64,000 nucleotides of DNA from Desulfatiglandales bacterium (GTDB lineage Bacteria > Desulfobacterota > DSM-4660 > Desulfatiglandales > Desulfatiglandaceae). Location: assembly GCA_963662465.1 (NCBI GenBank), contig OY759599.1:960001-1024000 (forward strand), read 5' to 3'. The translations under genes and the position numbers were made by a program. Below the pieces are notes generated by a model. That model saw nothing but the letters and a program-made list of their open reading frames with translations, was not told where the DNA came from and did no database searches. Shown piece by piece: positions 54,501-64,000 of this stretch. Every line of letters begins with the position of its first letter. The first letter of the stretch is position 1.

Positions 54501-55216
54501 AAAAGAAAATTGAACAGTTACTCATTGATTTGAAGTTTAAAGGCATGCTGAAGGCTCTCGAAGAACAGTTGGCTTCGGCTGAAAAGAACGGTTTTTCCAT
54601 TCACGAGGTCATCTACAATCTCCTGGCTGAGGAATTACGTTTCCGGCAGGAGCGCAGCATGATCTATCGGGTCCAGATTGCAAAGCTTCCATGGGAATGG
54701 ACCCTCAACTCCTTTCCGTTTGATCTTCAGCCGGGAATACAGAAGAGCCGGATCATGACGTTGTCCGGCCTTGACTTTATCAGCCGAAGAGAAAACATCG
54801 TGTTCCATGGAAAAACCGGCGTCGGCAAAACGGGATTGGCCGTGGGGATCCTTCGTCAAGCCATTATTGCCGGGTACCGGGGGCGTTTTTATAATGTTCA
54901 GGATTTGCTGGATCAGCTCTATGCGTCTTTGGCAGATCGGTCCACCCCGAAACTCCTCAATGCCCTTTGCAGATATGACCTGCTTCTGCTCGATGAACTG
55001 GGATACCTGACCCTCAAAAAAGAGCAGATGAACGCCTTTTTTAAACTCATGAAAGATCGCTATGAAGCCGGTCGGTCCACAATTATTACGACCAATCTTC
55101 AACCTGAACAATGGTATTCGCTGCTTGAACCAAAGGACATGGTCGATGCCTTGCTGGATCGTCTCAACCATCGCTGCATCAACATTCATATTGATGGTCC
55201 TTCCCTCAGAAAATGA
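54497..55216 (+). CDS. istB: IS21-family helper ATPase
   Basis: GKTGVGKT, LLLLDELGY, STIITTN, ALLDRL, GPSLR. Confidence 0.92.
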   Translation: MKKKIEQLLIDLKFKGMLKALEEQLASAEKNGFSIHEVIYNLLAEELRFRQERSMIYRVQIAKLPWEWTLNSFPFDLQPGIQKSRIMTLSGLDFISRRENIVFHGKTGVGKTGLAVGILRQAIIAGYRGRFYNVQDLLDQLYASLADRSTPKLLNALCRYDLLLLDELGYLTLKKEQMNAFFKLMKDRYEAGRSTIITTNLQPEQWYSLLEPKDMVDALLDRLNHRCINIHIDGPSLRK

Positions 55217-55314
55217 GATGTTCGCCAAAGGGCCGGTTTTGAGGTCTGAATATCACCGGTCTGTTTGAATCTCGTTACACGAATATCAGAAATTACCTTG
55301 TCTTGGAGCTTGAA

Positions 55315-55512
55315 ATGAGAGGTGGAAAACGGGTAGGCGCCGGCCGAAGAAAGAAACCGGAACATTTGAGACGTGAACTGCTCACCATTCGTCTCCCCAA
55401 ATGGATGATTCTACAGCTGAAAAAAAACGGGGAAATTGGATATTTGATTGAGGATCAATTGGCGAAGGGAGGCCTCCTGAATTTACCGGACGACTATGAC
55501 ATAGACAAATAG
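55315..55512 (+). CDS. Small putative DNA-binding protein
   Basis: RGGKRVGAGR followed by an RHH-like LTIRLPKW; GGAG RBS. Confidence 0.55.
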   Translation: MRGGKRVGAGRRKKPEHLRRELLTIRLPKWMILQLKKNGEIGYLIEDQLAKGGLLNLPDDYDIDK

Positions 55513-55773
55513 TTCCTCAATAAGCATTGCCCTTAACCGAAAAATCTAATCCCCTCTTCTCTGCCATCACCATATTGATGGTATCCTCATCACTGATTCT
55601 TCAACCAGAACGCTACGTGTCTCACCAGCATTTTTAAAATACCATCTGATATACTCTTTCATGCAACCTCTAACAAATTTACAAGAAAACCCTTCTAAAA
55701 GGAAAAGACCAGTGCGCAATATCTGGTTCCGTTTGGAGTAGCAAAACTGGTTCCATTTTGGTTAGCGCCCAAG

Positions 55774-57264
55774 TTTCTATTCCCATACGGCAGACTACGA
55801 GGTAACGTTCATCAGTCCGCAGGTTCGAGAATATCTGGGCTATGAACCGGAAGAAGTAATGCGGCGCTGGACTGAGTTTATTACCGATAATCCCATTAAC
55901 AAAAAGGGAATGGAATTTACCGAAAAAGCGATTCGAACCGGGAAACGTCAGCCCACCTATGAACTTGAGATGCGCCGTAAAGACGGCAGGAAAATCATTG
56001 TCGAAGTGCGGGAAGCCCCGGTCGTTAAGGATGGTACGGTGACAGGAGTCGTCGGCTTGCTTGTGGACGTCACGCATGAACTCAATCTTGAGGCCCAGCT
56101 CATTCAGGCCCAAAAGATGGAGTCTGTGGGTCGATTGGCGGGAGGGGTTGCCCATGATTACAAAATGCGCTTTCCGTGATCATCGGTTTCTGTCAACTGG
56201 CCATCGAGAATGTGGACCCCGGCGACCCGCTTCGTGGAGATCTCGATGAAATCTACGGGGCAGCAAAGCGTGCGGCGGATATTACCCGGCAACTGCTGGC
56301 CTTTGCCCGAAAACAGACCATCTCCCCTAAAGTTCTTGATTTAAACGAGAATGTGGAAGGGATGCTTAAAATGCCGAACCGCCTGATAGGCGAGAACATT
56401 AATCTTGTCTGGGCGCCGGGGAAAAATCTGTATCCCATCAAAATGGATCTATCTCAGATCGATCAGATCCTGGCCAACCTCTGCGTCAACGCCCGTGACG
56501 CGATTCCCGGTGTCGGAAAGGTCATCATCGAAACAAAAAACAGCGTCTTTGATAAGGCCTACTGCGCTGATCACCACGGGTTTGTTCCCGGCGAATTTGT
56601 TCTGCTGGCGGTTAGCGACAATAGCAGCGGCATGGAAAAAGAAGTTCTGGATAACATTTTTGAGCCGTTTTTTACCACCAAGGGCATCGATGAGGGAACC
56701 GGTCTGGGGTTGGCCACGGTCTACGGCATTGTCAAACAGAATGAAGGATTCATTAATGTTTACAGTGAATCCGGGGCGGGAACGACCTTCAAAATCTTTT
56801 TACCCCGGCATAAGGGCAAAACGGTTCAAGAGGATCAGGAAAGCGTTCCGGAAATCCCTCAAAGCAAGGGAGAGACCGTTCTTCTTATAGAGGACGATCT
56901 TTCGCTTCTGGAACTTGCCGGGAAAACGCTTGATGGACTGGGCTATAAAGTTCTGAAAGCAGGCACACCTAAAGAGGCCATGCGTCTGGTTAAGGATTAT
57001 ACCGGAGAGATAAACCTTCTGCTGACAGATGTCATTATGCCCGAAATGAACGGTCGTGAATTGTGGGAAAAGTTGGAAGCGCTCTATCCCCAACTCAAAT
57101 GTGTTTTTATGTCCGGCTATACAGCCAATGTCATCGCCCATCACGGTGTCCTGGATGAAGGCGTACACTTTATCCAGAAACCGTTTTCCAAAAGCGATTT
57201 GGCAATAACCGTCAGGAAAGCGCTGGACGAGGTGAAAAAACCAACTTCCGGAACGCCACACTGA
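55774..57264 (+). pseudogene. Hybrid sensor histidine kinase, 3' part (PAS, HisKA, HATPase, receiver)
   Basis: QAQKMESVGRLAGGVAHDY then frameshift near 56162; NLCVNARDA, FEPFFTTK, GTGLGL, LLTDVIMP. Confidence 0.88.
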
Positions 57265-57357
57265 CGTCAAATTAGACTGGCAAACCGCAGGGGCGAACGT
57301 TTGTTCATTTACCCGGTATCTGATTGTCAAGATGGGTCGCCAGAATTGATGTTAGTC

Positions 57358-58062
57358 CTAAGGCGAGCCTTCTTCAAGTTCTTCCAATTTGGGAACGATT
57401 TCTCTCAGATGTTCACGGAACGCGCTTTCGGCCCCTTTTGCATCACCCGCTTGTATTTTTTTGAAAATAGTCGGATGAGAGGTGGTGTCATGAAGAACCC
57501 GCTTTGAGGGCTTGATGCTTAAAATCAGCTCCTGCGTAATGTCCATGAGAATGTTGACCAGCATTTCGTATAAGACATTGTGGCTTGCCTTTGCCACCAG
57601 ACGGTGAAAATCAACATTCCAGGCCACATAAGCGTCGCCTTTCTTGACTTTTGGCATATTCATGATGCCTTCTTCGAGCATTTCGATGTCTTTGGGCGTC
57701 CGCCGCCGTGCCGCAAGACCCGCGACAATCGGTTCGATGTGCAGCCGGACCTCCATGACTTCCACAACGGTGATCCGGCCCAGTTTGAGTGTATCGCGAA
57801 CAAGAGCTGAAAGGGCATCGTGGTTCATGCCGCACACGAATGCGCCACCCGCGGGTCCCCGTTTGATTCCCACAAGTCCTGCTTTTTCAAGATTGCGAAC
57901 CGCTTCCCGGACCACAATGCGGCTGACGCCGAAAATTTTCATCAATTCGTGTTCAGAGGGAAGTCGTTCCCCTTCACGATATTCACCCGAGAACAAAGAT
58001 TCCTTGAGCTGCTCGGTCACCTGGTCTCCCAGTCGACCGGTCTTTATCGGCTTCATGGCCAT
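57358..58062 (-). CDS. GntR/FadR family regulator
   Basis: GERLPSEHELMKIFGVSRIVVREA; FCD domain (DFHRLVAKASHN). Confidence 0.9.
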   Translation of the reverse strand: MAMKPIKTGRLGDQVTEQLKESLFSGEYREGERLPSEHELMKIFGVSRIVVREAVRNLEKAGLVGIKRGPAGGAFVCGMNHDALSALVRDTLKLGRITVVEVMEVRLHIEPIVAGLAARRRTPKDIEMLEEGIMNMPKVKKGDAYVAWNVDFHRLVAKASHNVLYEMLVNILMDITQELILSIKPSKRVLHDTTSHPTIFKKIQAGDAKGAESAFREHLREIVPKLEELEEGSP

Positions 58063-58192
58063 GCGTAGCGGTCCTCCTGTACACAAAAAATCAAAAGAAA
58101 TGGTTTGTATTACGTATATCAAATGCTTTCTGTCAAGGAAGATGTGTTCCGGAAAAGTTCCTGACATCTAAATGGAAAGCGAAATTTTTTGC

Positions 58193-58221
58193 TTGACAAG
58201 AAAAGAAGCATTTAATATTTT
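58193..58221 (+). promoter_or_regulatory. Putative sigma70 promoter for the UbiD unit
   Basis: TTGACA-N17-TATTTT in an AT-rich divergent intergenic region. Confidence 0.4.
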
Positions 58222-58300
58222 GCTTATAATATTATATGTATGATGATTATTTGTCAAGGGATGTTATCCTATTTAAGAGGCGACCGCCAGCAATGAAACC

Positions 58301-58567
58301 ATGAAAACCCCCTGGCCTGACTACCGTCTGCAGGCATCCATTGAAGATATCGTCAAGGAGATGGAAGCCATCGCGCACCGTCGTTTCATCAAGTGCCATG
58401 TTCCGCTGGACGGTATCCCCTATGATGAGAATGTCAACTACATCCATGTTTCCCGCGAATTGCACGACGCATTTTTCTCGCTCCGGAATTGCGCCGGTGG
58501 ATCGAAAAAGGAAGTCTGGAACTCGGTTATTATCCGGATGGAAAAAAATAGCGTTAAAGCGTACTGA
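58301..58567 (+). CDS. Small hypothetical protein
   Basis: 88-aa ORF co-directional with and just upstream of the UbiD gene. Confidence 0.5.
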   Translation: MKTPWPDYRLQASIEDIVKEMEAIAHRRFIKCHVPLDGIPYDENVNYIHVSRELHDAFFSLRNCAGGSKKEVWNSVIIRMEKNSVKAY

Positions 58568-58618
58568 TGCACGATCGTTCTAACGGTAATTCAAATTATT
58601 TTGCCAGGAGAGCCGGCC

Positions 58619-60133
58619 ATGAACACCTTGAAGCATCTGGAAGCATCTGAAAAGGAAGCGACCGGTACCATTTTGGATCTCAGAAGTGCCATTGAAAATC
58701 TCAAAAAGACGCCTGGGCAGCTTCTGGTCTGTAACGAACCGGTGGACCCCAATGCCGAACTGGCGGGGGTCTACCGAAGGGTCGGGGCGGGAACCCCGGT
58801 GGAGCCCCCCACCCGGGAAGGGCCGGCCATGCTCTTTCAAAATGTGAAGGGGTATGATATTCCCGTGATTACAGGGGTTCTGGCCAGCCGAAAGCGGGTG
58901 GCCCAACTTCTGGGCAGCAGACCGGAACGGCTGCCCCATCTACTGTTGGAGGCCCTGGAAAGCCCTGTGGCGCCTGAGATGATAAAGAGCTCCAATCCAC
59001 CGTGCCAGGAGGTGGTCCACAGTGAGAATATCGACCTCATGAAGCTGTTGCCGGCCCCCACCAACACGCCCCTGGACGCGGGACCCTATTTTACCATGGG
59101 GCTCATTCGGGCGGAAGATCCGGAAACCGGTGAAGCGGACGTGACCATTCACCGGCTCTGTGTTCAGGGCAAAGACCGTCTTTCCATTTATTTCGTGCCG
59201 GGCCGTCATATCGACCAGTTTCGTATCAAGGCTGAAAAAGCAGGGAAGGCGCTGCCGGTGTCCATCAACATCGGTCTGGATCCCGCCATTTACCTGGCCG
59301 CCTGTTTTGAGCCTCCCACAACGCCACTGGGTTTTGATGAACTCTCCATAGCGGGAGGCCTTCGGAAAAGACCGGTGGAATTGACGCCCTGCGTGTCCAA
59401 CAGCGCCAAAAGCCTGGCCCGGGCGGAAATTGTCATTGAAGGGGAGATCCTGCCGAACGAACGGATTCAGGAAGACATTCAAACGCTTACGGGGTTTGCC
59501 ATGCCGGAGTTTCCCGGATATCTGGGGCTGGCCAAAAATAAGCTTCCCGTGATTCGGGTCACCGCCGTGACCCATCGACAAAACCCCATTATGCAGACCA
59601 TTGTGGGACCGGGACTGGAACACACCAGCCTGGCGGGCATTCCCACCGAAGCCAGTATTTTGCGCCTGGTGGAAACGGGCATGCCCGGAAAACTGCTGAA
59701 CGTCTATGCCCATGAAGCCGGCGGCGGGAAATACCTGGCGGTGCTTCAGTTCAAAAAGTCCGCTCCGGCTGATGAAGGGCGGCAGCGTCAGGCGGCCCTC
59801 ATGGCTTTTGCCGCCTTTTCAGAGCTCAAGCACATTATCCTGGTGGATGAAGATGTGGACATATTTGACACCGATGATGTGCTTTGGGCCATGACCACCC
59901 GGTACCAGGGGGATGTGAGCACCGTTTTTATTCCCGGTGTCCGCTGTCACCCTCTGGACCCCAGTCAGAGACCTCAATTCAGCCCGTCCATCAGGGAGAA
60001 CGGTATCAGCTGCAAAACCATCTTCGACTGCACCGTTCCCTACCATCTGAAGGATGATTTCAAACGAGCCCCTTTTGCGGATGTGGATCTGGATCGGTTT
60101 TTGAAAAGCAGTGTGGACCCTGCATCGTTATGA
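58619..60133 (+). CDS. aroY: UbiD-family prFMN decarboxylase, protocatechuate/gallate (AroY/LpdC) type
   Basis: Long stretches match recalled AroY sequence: PVDPNAELAGVYR, LLPAPTNTP, DVTIHRLCVQG, AMPEFPGY, DEGRQ, GISCKTIFDCTVP. Confidence 0.85.
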   Translation: MNTLKHLEASEKEATGTILDLRSAIENLKKTPGQLLVCNEPVDPNAELAGVYRRVGAGTPVEPPTREGPAMLFQNVKGYDIPVITGVLASRKRVAQLLGSRPERLPHLLLEALESPVAPEMIKSSNPPCQEVVHSENIDLMKLLPAPTNTPLDAGPYFTMGLIRAEDPETGEADVTIHRLCVQGKDRLSIYFVPGRHIDQFRIKAEKAGKALPVSINIGLDPAIYLAACFEPPTTPLGFDELSIAGGLRKRPVELTPCVSNSAKSLARAEIVIEGEILPNERIQEDIQTLTGFAMPEFPGYLGLAKNKLPVIRVTAVTHRQNPIMQTIVGPGLEHTSLAGIPTEASILRLVETGMPGKLLNVYAHEAGGGKYLAVLQFKKSAPADEGRQRQAALMAFAAFSELKHIILVDEDVDIFDTDDVLWAMTTRYQGDVSTVFIPGVRCHPLDPSQRPQFSPSIRENGISCKTIFDCTVPYHLKDDFKRAPFADVDLDRFLKSSVDPASL

Positions 60134-60282
60134 ATCTCATTCGGTAACATTAATAACGGATAAGAGTCTCTTGATTTTTTTGATACTGCTTCCGTTCAGT
60201 GTGGGGTAGATGGACAAGAGATCACTTTCGATCGTTGTGCGAACGCCTTGTTCCAGTACCATATGATAGAAAGGAGTTTAAG

Positions 60283-61527
60283 ATGTTTGATTATCTACTG
60301 AACGACCCACAAAAAAGATTAAAACAGGAAACCCGTGATTTTGTGAAATCCATTCCTAAAGAAATGATCCTGGATATGGACGCAGACAAAATTCAGTTTC
60401 CAAAGGATTTCCTGCGTGAAGCAGGCAGGCGGAATCTCATGGGTTGCCGATACCCGGAAAAATGGGGCGGCAGGGGTATGGATTGGGTCTCTACCTGCAT
60501 GGTGATGGAAGAAATCGGTGTTTTGGGGTACATCTTTGCCTGTACATTCGGAGTGGGTGCTGAACTGGTCTGTGATGCCATCATCCTTCACGGCAACGAT
60601 GTTCAGAAAGAAAAATATGTAAAACCCCTGTTAAAGGGAGAAATTTTTGCCGCGGAGTGTCTTACGGAACCCCGTGGCGGATCAGATTTCTTCGGTACCA
60701 CAACCAAGGCTGAAGACAAGGGGGATCACTTTATTTTAAACGGCCAGAAACGCTTTATTGTGGGGGGAGAGGGCGCCGACTATTTTCTGGTATATGCCCG
60801 AACCGATCCCGATGCCGAACCCCACAAATCCATTTCCTGTTTTATCGTTGACAGAACAAAAGGGGTTAAAACGGAATACCTGTACGGATTGATGGGCTGC
60901 CGGGGCGGGGGCGCCGCCCGAATGGTTTTTAAAGATGTGAAAGTCCCCAAAGAGAACCTTTTGGGTAAACGCAATCAAGGGTATAAAATTTTTAATACCA
61001 TGATGATCCCCGAACGTCTGGGTACCGCGGCCATGACCATTGGCGCTGCCGCACCGGCTGTCGATGTGGCCACCGGCTATACCTCAAAACGAAAAGCCTT
61101 TGGCCGGCCGGTTGCGGACTTCCAGGGCGTCTCTTTTCAGGTGGCCGAAGCAGTTACCCTTCTGGATGCCGCCAGGGCCATGATTTATGCGACCGCCAGA
61201 GCGGTTGATGAACAGACCTATGAAAAACGGATTCGACGGCTGGTTTCGCAATCCAAAAAATTCGTGACGGAATCCTGCCAGAAAGCGGTCCATAACGCCA
61301 TGCAGGTCATGGGCGGCATCGGTTACACCAATATTTATCCGGTGGAAAGGATTTTCAGGGATCTTCGTCTGGCATCCATCTGGACCGGAACCAACGAGGT
61401 CATGAGCATGATCATTGCCAATGAATGGTACAAGGAATATTGGAAAAAGAAAAAATCAGGCCAAATTCGTGATATGGAATTGGATGCCGTTGAAGCTGAT
61501 GCCAAGGACGAAAAAATATTTGAATAG
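60283..61527 (+). CDS. Acyl-CoA dehydrogenase
   Basis: CLTEPRGGSD, LNGQKRFI, RKAFGRP, QVMGGIGY, IWTGTNE; AAGGAG RBS. Confidence 0.92.
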   Translation: MFDYLLNDPQKRLKQETRDFVKSIPKEMILDMDADKIQFPKDFLREAGRRNLMGCRYPEKWGGRGMDWVSTCMVMEEIGVLGYIFACTFGVGAELVCDAIILHGNDVQKEKYVKPLLKGEIFAAECLTEPRGGSDFFGTTTKAEDKGDHFILNGQKRFIVGGEGADYFLVYARTDPDAEPHKSISCFIVDRTKGVKTEYLYGLMGCRGGGAARMVFKDVKVPKENLLGKRNQGYKIFNTMMIPERLGTAAMTIGAAAPAVDVATGYTSKRKAFGRPVADFQGVSFQVAEAVTLLDAARAMIYATARAVDEQTYEKRIRRLVSQSKKFVTESCQKAVHNAMQVMGGIGYTNIYPVERIFRDLRLASIWTGTNEVMSMIIANEWYKEYWKKKKSGQIRDMELDAVEADAKDEKIFE

Positions 61528-61856
61528 CTTTAAAGCGTATGGAATGGATCGGATCGCCTTCTAAACCTTAACTTTGAAAACGCTTATGCCTTGGACCTGT
61601 CTTGGATTCGGAAAATGCCGCCCATACCTCCCAGTCGTCTTGCCACCCAAAAACAGTTTTGTCGTAAACTAAGTCAGCTGAGGGTAGTCACCCCCGCTGG
61701 AAAATTACTCCAGCTTGAAGTCGGAAATTTGCCCCTCAAATAGGAAAGTGTCCAAAAATCGGCGGGTAAAACCACCTCTCGTAACGAGTTCTGTCTCATG
61801 AGCAACCTTTTTCTTTAATTCCAAATTTGAACTTTCCATGGGCCGACAGATTTCGA

Positions 61857-61893
61857 TTGACGTGCGACACTAAAGCATGTCACATTAGTGTCG
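61857..61893 (+). promoter_or_regulatory. Putative promoter with palindromic operator upstream of the Fic gene
   Basis: TTGACG followed by IR cgacactaa-N11-ttagtgtcg; further tgtcgc half-sites downstream. Confidence 0.5.
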
Positions 61894-61968
61894 TTCTTTA
61901 TTGTCGCGCTCCAAACCGGCCATGCTGCAAATTTTGTCGCTCGGGATTTATAAAAGGGAAGGTGTTTT

Positions 61969-63399
61969 ATGCCGCGTATCGTTTCTGAAAGGGAATTGGA
62001 CCTGATTGCGTGGGTGATATCAGAGCATCCTCATGGTATCGGTATTTCCATGTTGGAAGAAACCCTTGTGCGTCATTTACCCAAATCCCTCAACCGCCGC
62101 ACTTTGCAGCGTCGCCTGGAACGTCTTATTGCGGACAAACGAATCAGAACCGAAGGCGAAAGCATCGCTCTGGTTTATAAATCCGTGCCTCAGGTCATTA
62201 CCGGGAGGTCAAAGGAAGGGATAACGCTTTTAGACCATGCCGAGGCAGAAACATACATCCCTGTTTCGTCTGAGGGCGCCATTATCCGCGATTTCCTTCG
62301 GAGGCCGTTGATGCATCGGAAACCGGTCGGATATCAGCGAGTTTTTCTGGATGATTACATACCGGGCAATAGCTTCTATCTTTCGAGATCATTACGTGCA
62401 CAACTACATGAAATAGGTCGTGCCCCTGGCGACAAGAGCCCCGCGGGAACTTATGCCCGGCAAATCCTGGATCGGTTGCTGATTGACCTATCGTGGGCTT
62501 CTTCGCGCCTGGAGGGAAATACCTATAACCGTCTTGATACCAGAAACTTGATCGAATTCGGCCAGTCCGCGGAAGGCAAAGACCTTCAAGAAACACAGAT
62601 GATTCTGAATCACAAAGCGGCTATCGAAATGCTCATTGAAGAAGCTGACCAGGTGGGTTTCAGCCCGTTTACATTTTTCAACCTCCATGCCATCTTATCA
62701 GAAAACCTGCTCCCTGATGAAAACGCCTGTGGACGGCTACGCCGCAGGCCGGTAAACATTTCCGGGTCCGTTTTTCACCCGCTTGCCATGCCCCAGGCAC
62801 TGGAAGACTGTTTTCGCCTGTTGCTCCGGAAGGCCGCCGACATTCCGGATCCTTTTGAGCAGGCCTTTTTCGTGATGGTGCAGTTGCCATATTTGCAGCC
62901 TTTTGAGGATGTCAATAAGCGTGTTTCGCGGCTTGGCGCAAACATTCCACTGATAAAGAACAACTTGTGTCCGCTTTCTTTTATCGACGTGCCCGAACAA
63001 GCCTATTTGGATGGAACCTTGGGGGTGTATGAACTAAATCAGGTTGATTTGTTGATGGATGTGTTCATTTGGGCCTATGAGCGCTCATGTCAGCAATATC
63101 TTGCGATCACAAAAAAAGTGGCTGAGCCGGATCCTTTGCGTATCCGTTATCGGGAGGCGTTGATCCAGGCTGTTCAGACCATTGTTAAAGACCTTCAGAC
63201 GCCGTCTCCTGGTAATGTTGAGCGTTTGGGAGAGGCGCTGGCTCCCGAAAAAGACAGAGATGCCTTTTGTAAAATCCTGCGAGATGTTTTGCGGCACCTG
63301 CACGAGGGTAATGTGGTGCGATATCGGCTGAAACTCTCCGATTTTCAGATTTGGGAGCCAATACAAAAGCGATATCAAGGGCAGAGAAAGCACCCATGA
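61969..63399 (+). CDS. Fic family protein with N-terminal HTH
   Basis: SSRLEGN motif, QPFEDVNKRVSR Fic-loop variant, RRTLQRRL helix. Confidence 0.85.
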   Translation: MPRIVSERELDLIAWVISEHPHGIGISMLEETLVRHLPKSLNRRTLQRRLERLIADKRIRTEGESIALVYKSVPQVITGRSKEGITLLDHAEAETYIPVSSEGAIIRDFLRRPLMHRKPVGYQRVFLDDYIPGNSFYLSRSLRAQLHEIGRAPGDKSPAGTYARQILDRLLIDLSWASSRLEGNTYNRLDTRNLIEFGQSAEGKDLQETQMILNHKAAIEMLIEEADQVGFSPFTFFNLHAILSENLLPDENACGRLRRRPVNISGSVFHPLAMPQALEDCFRLLLRKAADIPDPFEQAFFVMVQLPYLQPFEDVNKRVSRLGANIPLIKNNLCPLSFIDVPEQAYLDGTLGVYELNQVDLLMDVFIWAYERSCQQYLAITKKVAEPDPLRIRYREALIQAVQTIVKDLQTPSPGNVERLGEALAPEKDRDAFCKILRDVLRHLHEGNVVRYRLKLSDFQIWEPIQKRYQGQRKHP

Positions 63400-63533
63400 A
63401 ACCCCTAGCAGTCATGAAAGGTTGATGAGCGGGATTCATCCGCTTTCTTGCCGCCCTTTCCGTTTTCGCGGGTGTGGAGCGGAAGCACCGGTCGAACACT
63501 GAATGATTCCATACAAAAGGGAGAACACTGCCA

Positions 63534-64000
63534 ATGGAAAAAAAATTACCTCCGGCGGAAATTGAAAAAATGGTTTCGGATTGGAATCGAACTTCGGCGT
63601 ATTATCCCCGTGACAAGACCTATGTGGAATTGTTCGAGGAGCAGGCGGTCAAGACGCCGGGGCAGATGGCCGTCTCTTACCGGGACCAGGCGCTCTGTTA
63701 CCGGGAATTGAATGAGCGGGCCAACCAGCTGGCCCATGTGATTCGGGAAAAATACCGAATGCTCTGGGGGGAGGAAGTCCAGGGCGATACCCTGATCGGG
63801 TTGTATGTCGACCGGTCCGCGAACATGATCGTCGGCATGCTGGGGATCATGAAAGCGGGCGGGGCGTATGTGCCCTTTGATTCCGCCGATCCCGTAGAGC
63901 GACTGAGATTCAAGATCAACGACTGCGGCTGCCGCATGGTGCTCACATCCACGGAAAAAGTCAAGGATCTGTTGTTTCTGACGGAGACGGAAACGCTCCC
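63534..64000 (+). CDS. NRPS, N-terminal part of an adenylation domain (runs off window)
   Basis: ATG 63534; LFEEQAVKTP, YRELNERANQLA, KAGGAYVPFD; no stop before the window end, so absent from the ORF track. Confidence 0.85.
   Translation, partial: MEKKLPPAEIEKMVSDWNRTSAYYPRDKTYVELFEEQAVKTPGQMAVSYRDQALCYRELNERANQLAHVIREKYRMLWGEEVQGDTLIGLYVDRSANMIVGMLGIMKAGGAYVPFDSADPVERLRFKINDCGCRMVLTSTEKVKDLLFLTETETL

Larger units (their letters stand above)
51049..55773 (+). mobile_element. Extended IS21-type element, 4725 bp, six ORFs
   Basis: Imperfect 35-bp terminal IRs; 8-bp duplication tttctatt at 51041-51048 and 55774-55781; removing it restores the kinase frame NLFYSHTADY. Confidence 0.92.

Noticed and set aside
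61670..61795. Possible IS3-like right-end remnant (aagtgtccaaaaatcggcgggtaaaacca)
   Set aside because: No partner IR or convincing transposase fragment was found.
32848..63507. Identical 15-mer cgaacactgaatgat at 32848 and 63493
   Set aside because: One or two exact 15-mer matches are expected by chance in 64 kb, and the match does not extend.

Overview
Chromosomal window from what looks like an anaerobic deltaproteobacterium (Desulfobacterota-like; inferred from gene content and repeat types only). (1) 1-11.8 kb: co-directional catabolic cluster (acyl-CoA ligase, Zn-dehydrogenase, DUF35/thiolase pair, VOC protein, FadL-type channel, OYE-type flavoenzyme, EtfAB, membrane Fe-S oxidoreductase), followed by an MCP. 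(2) 13.4-57.3 kb: mosaic, partly decaying accessory region with secreted hypothetical proteins, an RHS protein, a broken three-module N-methylating NRPS, a broken hybrid histidine kinase, RAYT remnants and REP/MITE-like repeats. It also holds two notable mobile elements: a 2.0-kb IS with perfect 26-bp IRs and an atypical transposase, and a 4.7-kb IS21-type element with an 8-bp target duplication carrying Zn-finger, wHTH and ParB genes. (3) 57.3-64 kb: GntR regulator, AroY/LpdC-type UbiD decarboxylase, acyl-CoA dehydrogenase, non-canonical Fic protein, and the start of an NRPS that may be the displaced 5' end of the broken one. No rRNA, tRNA or CRISPR array was recognised. All calls come from motifs read by eye; no searches were run.
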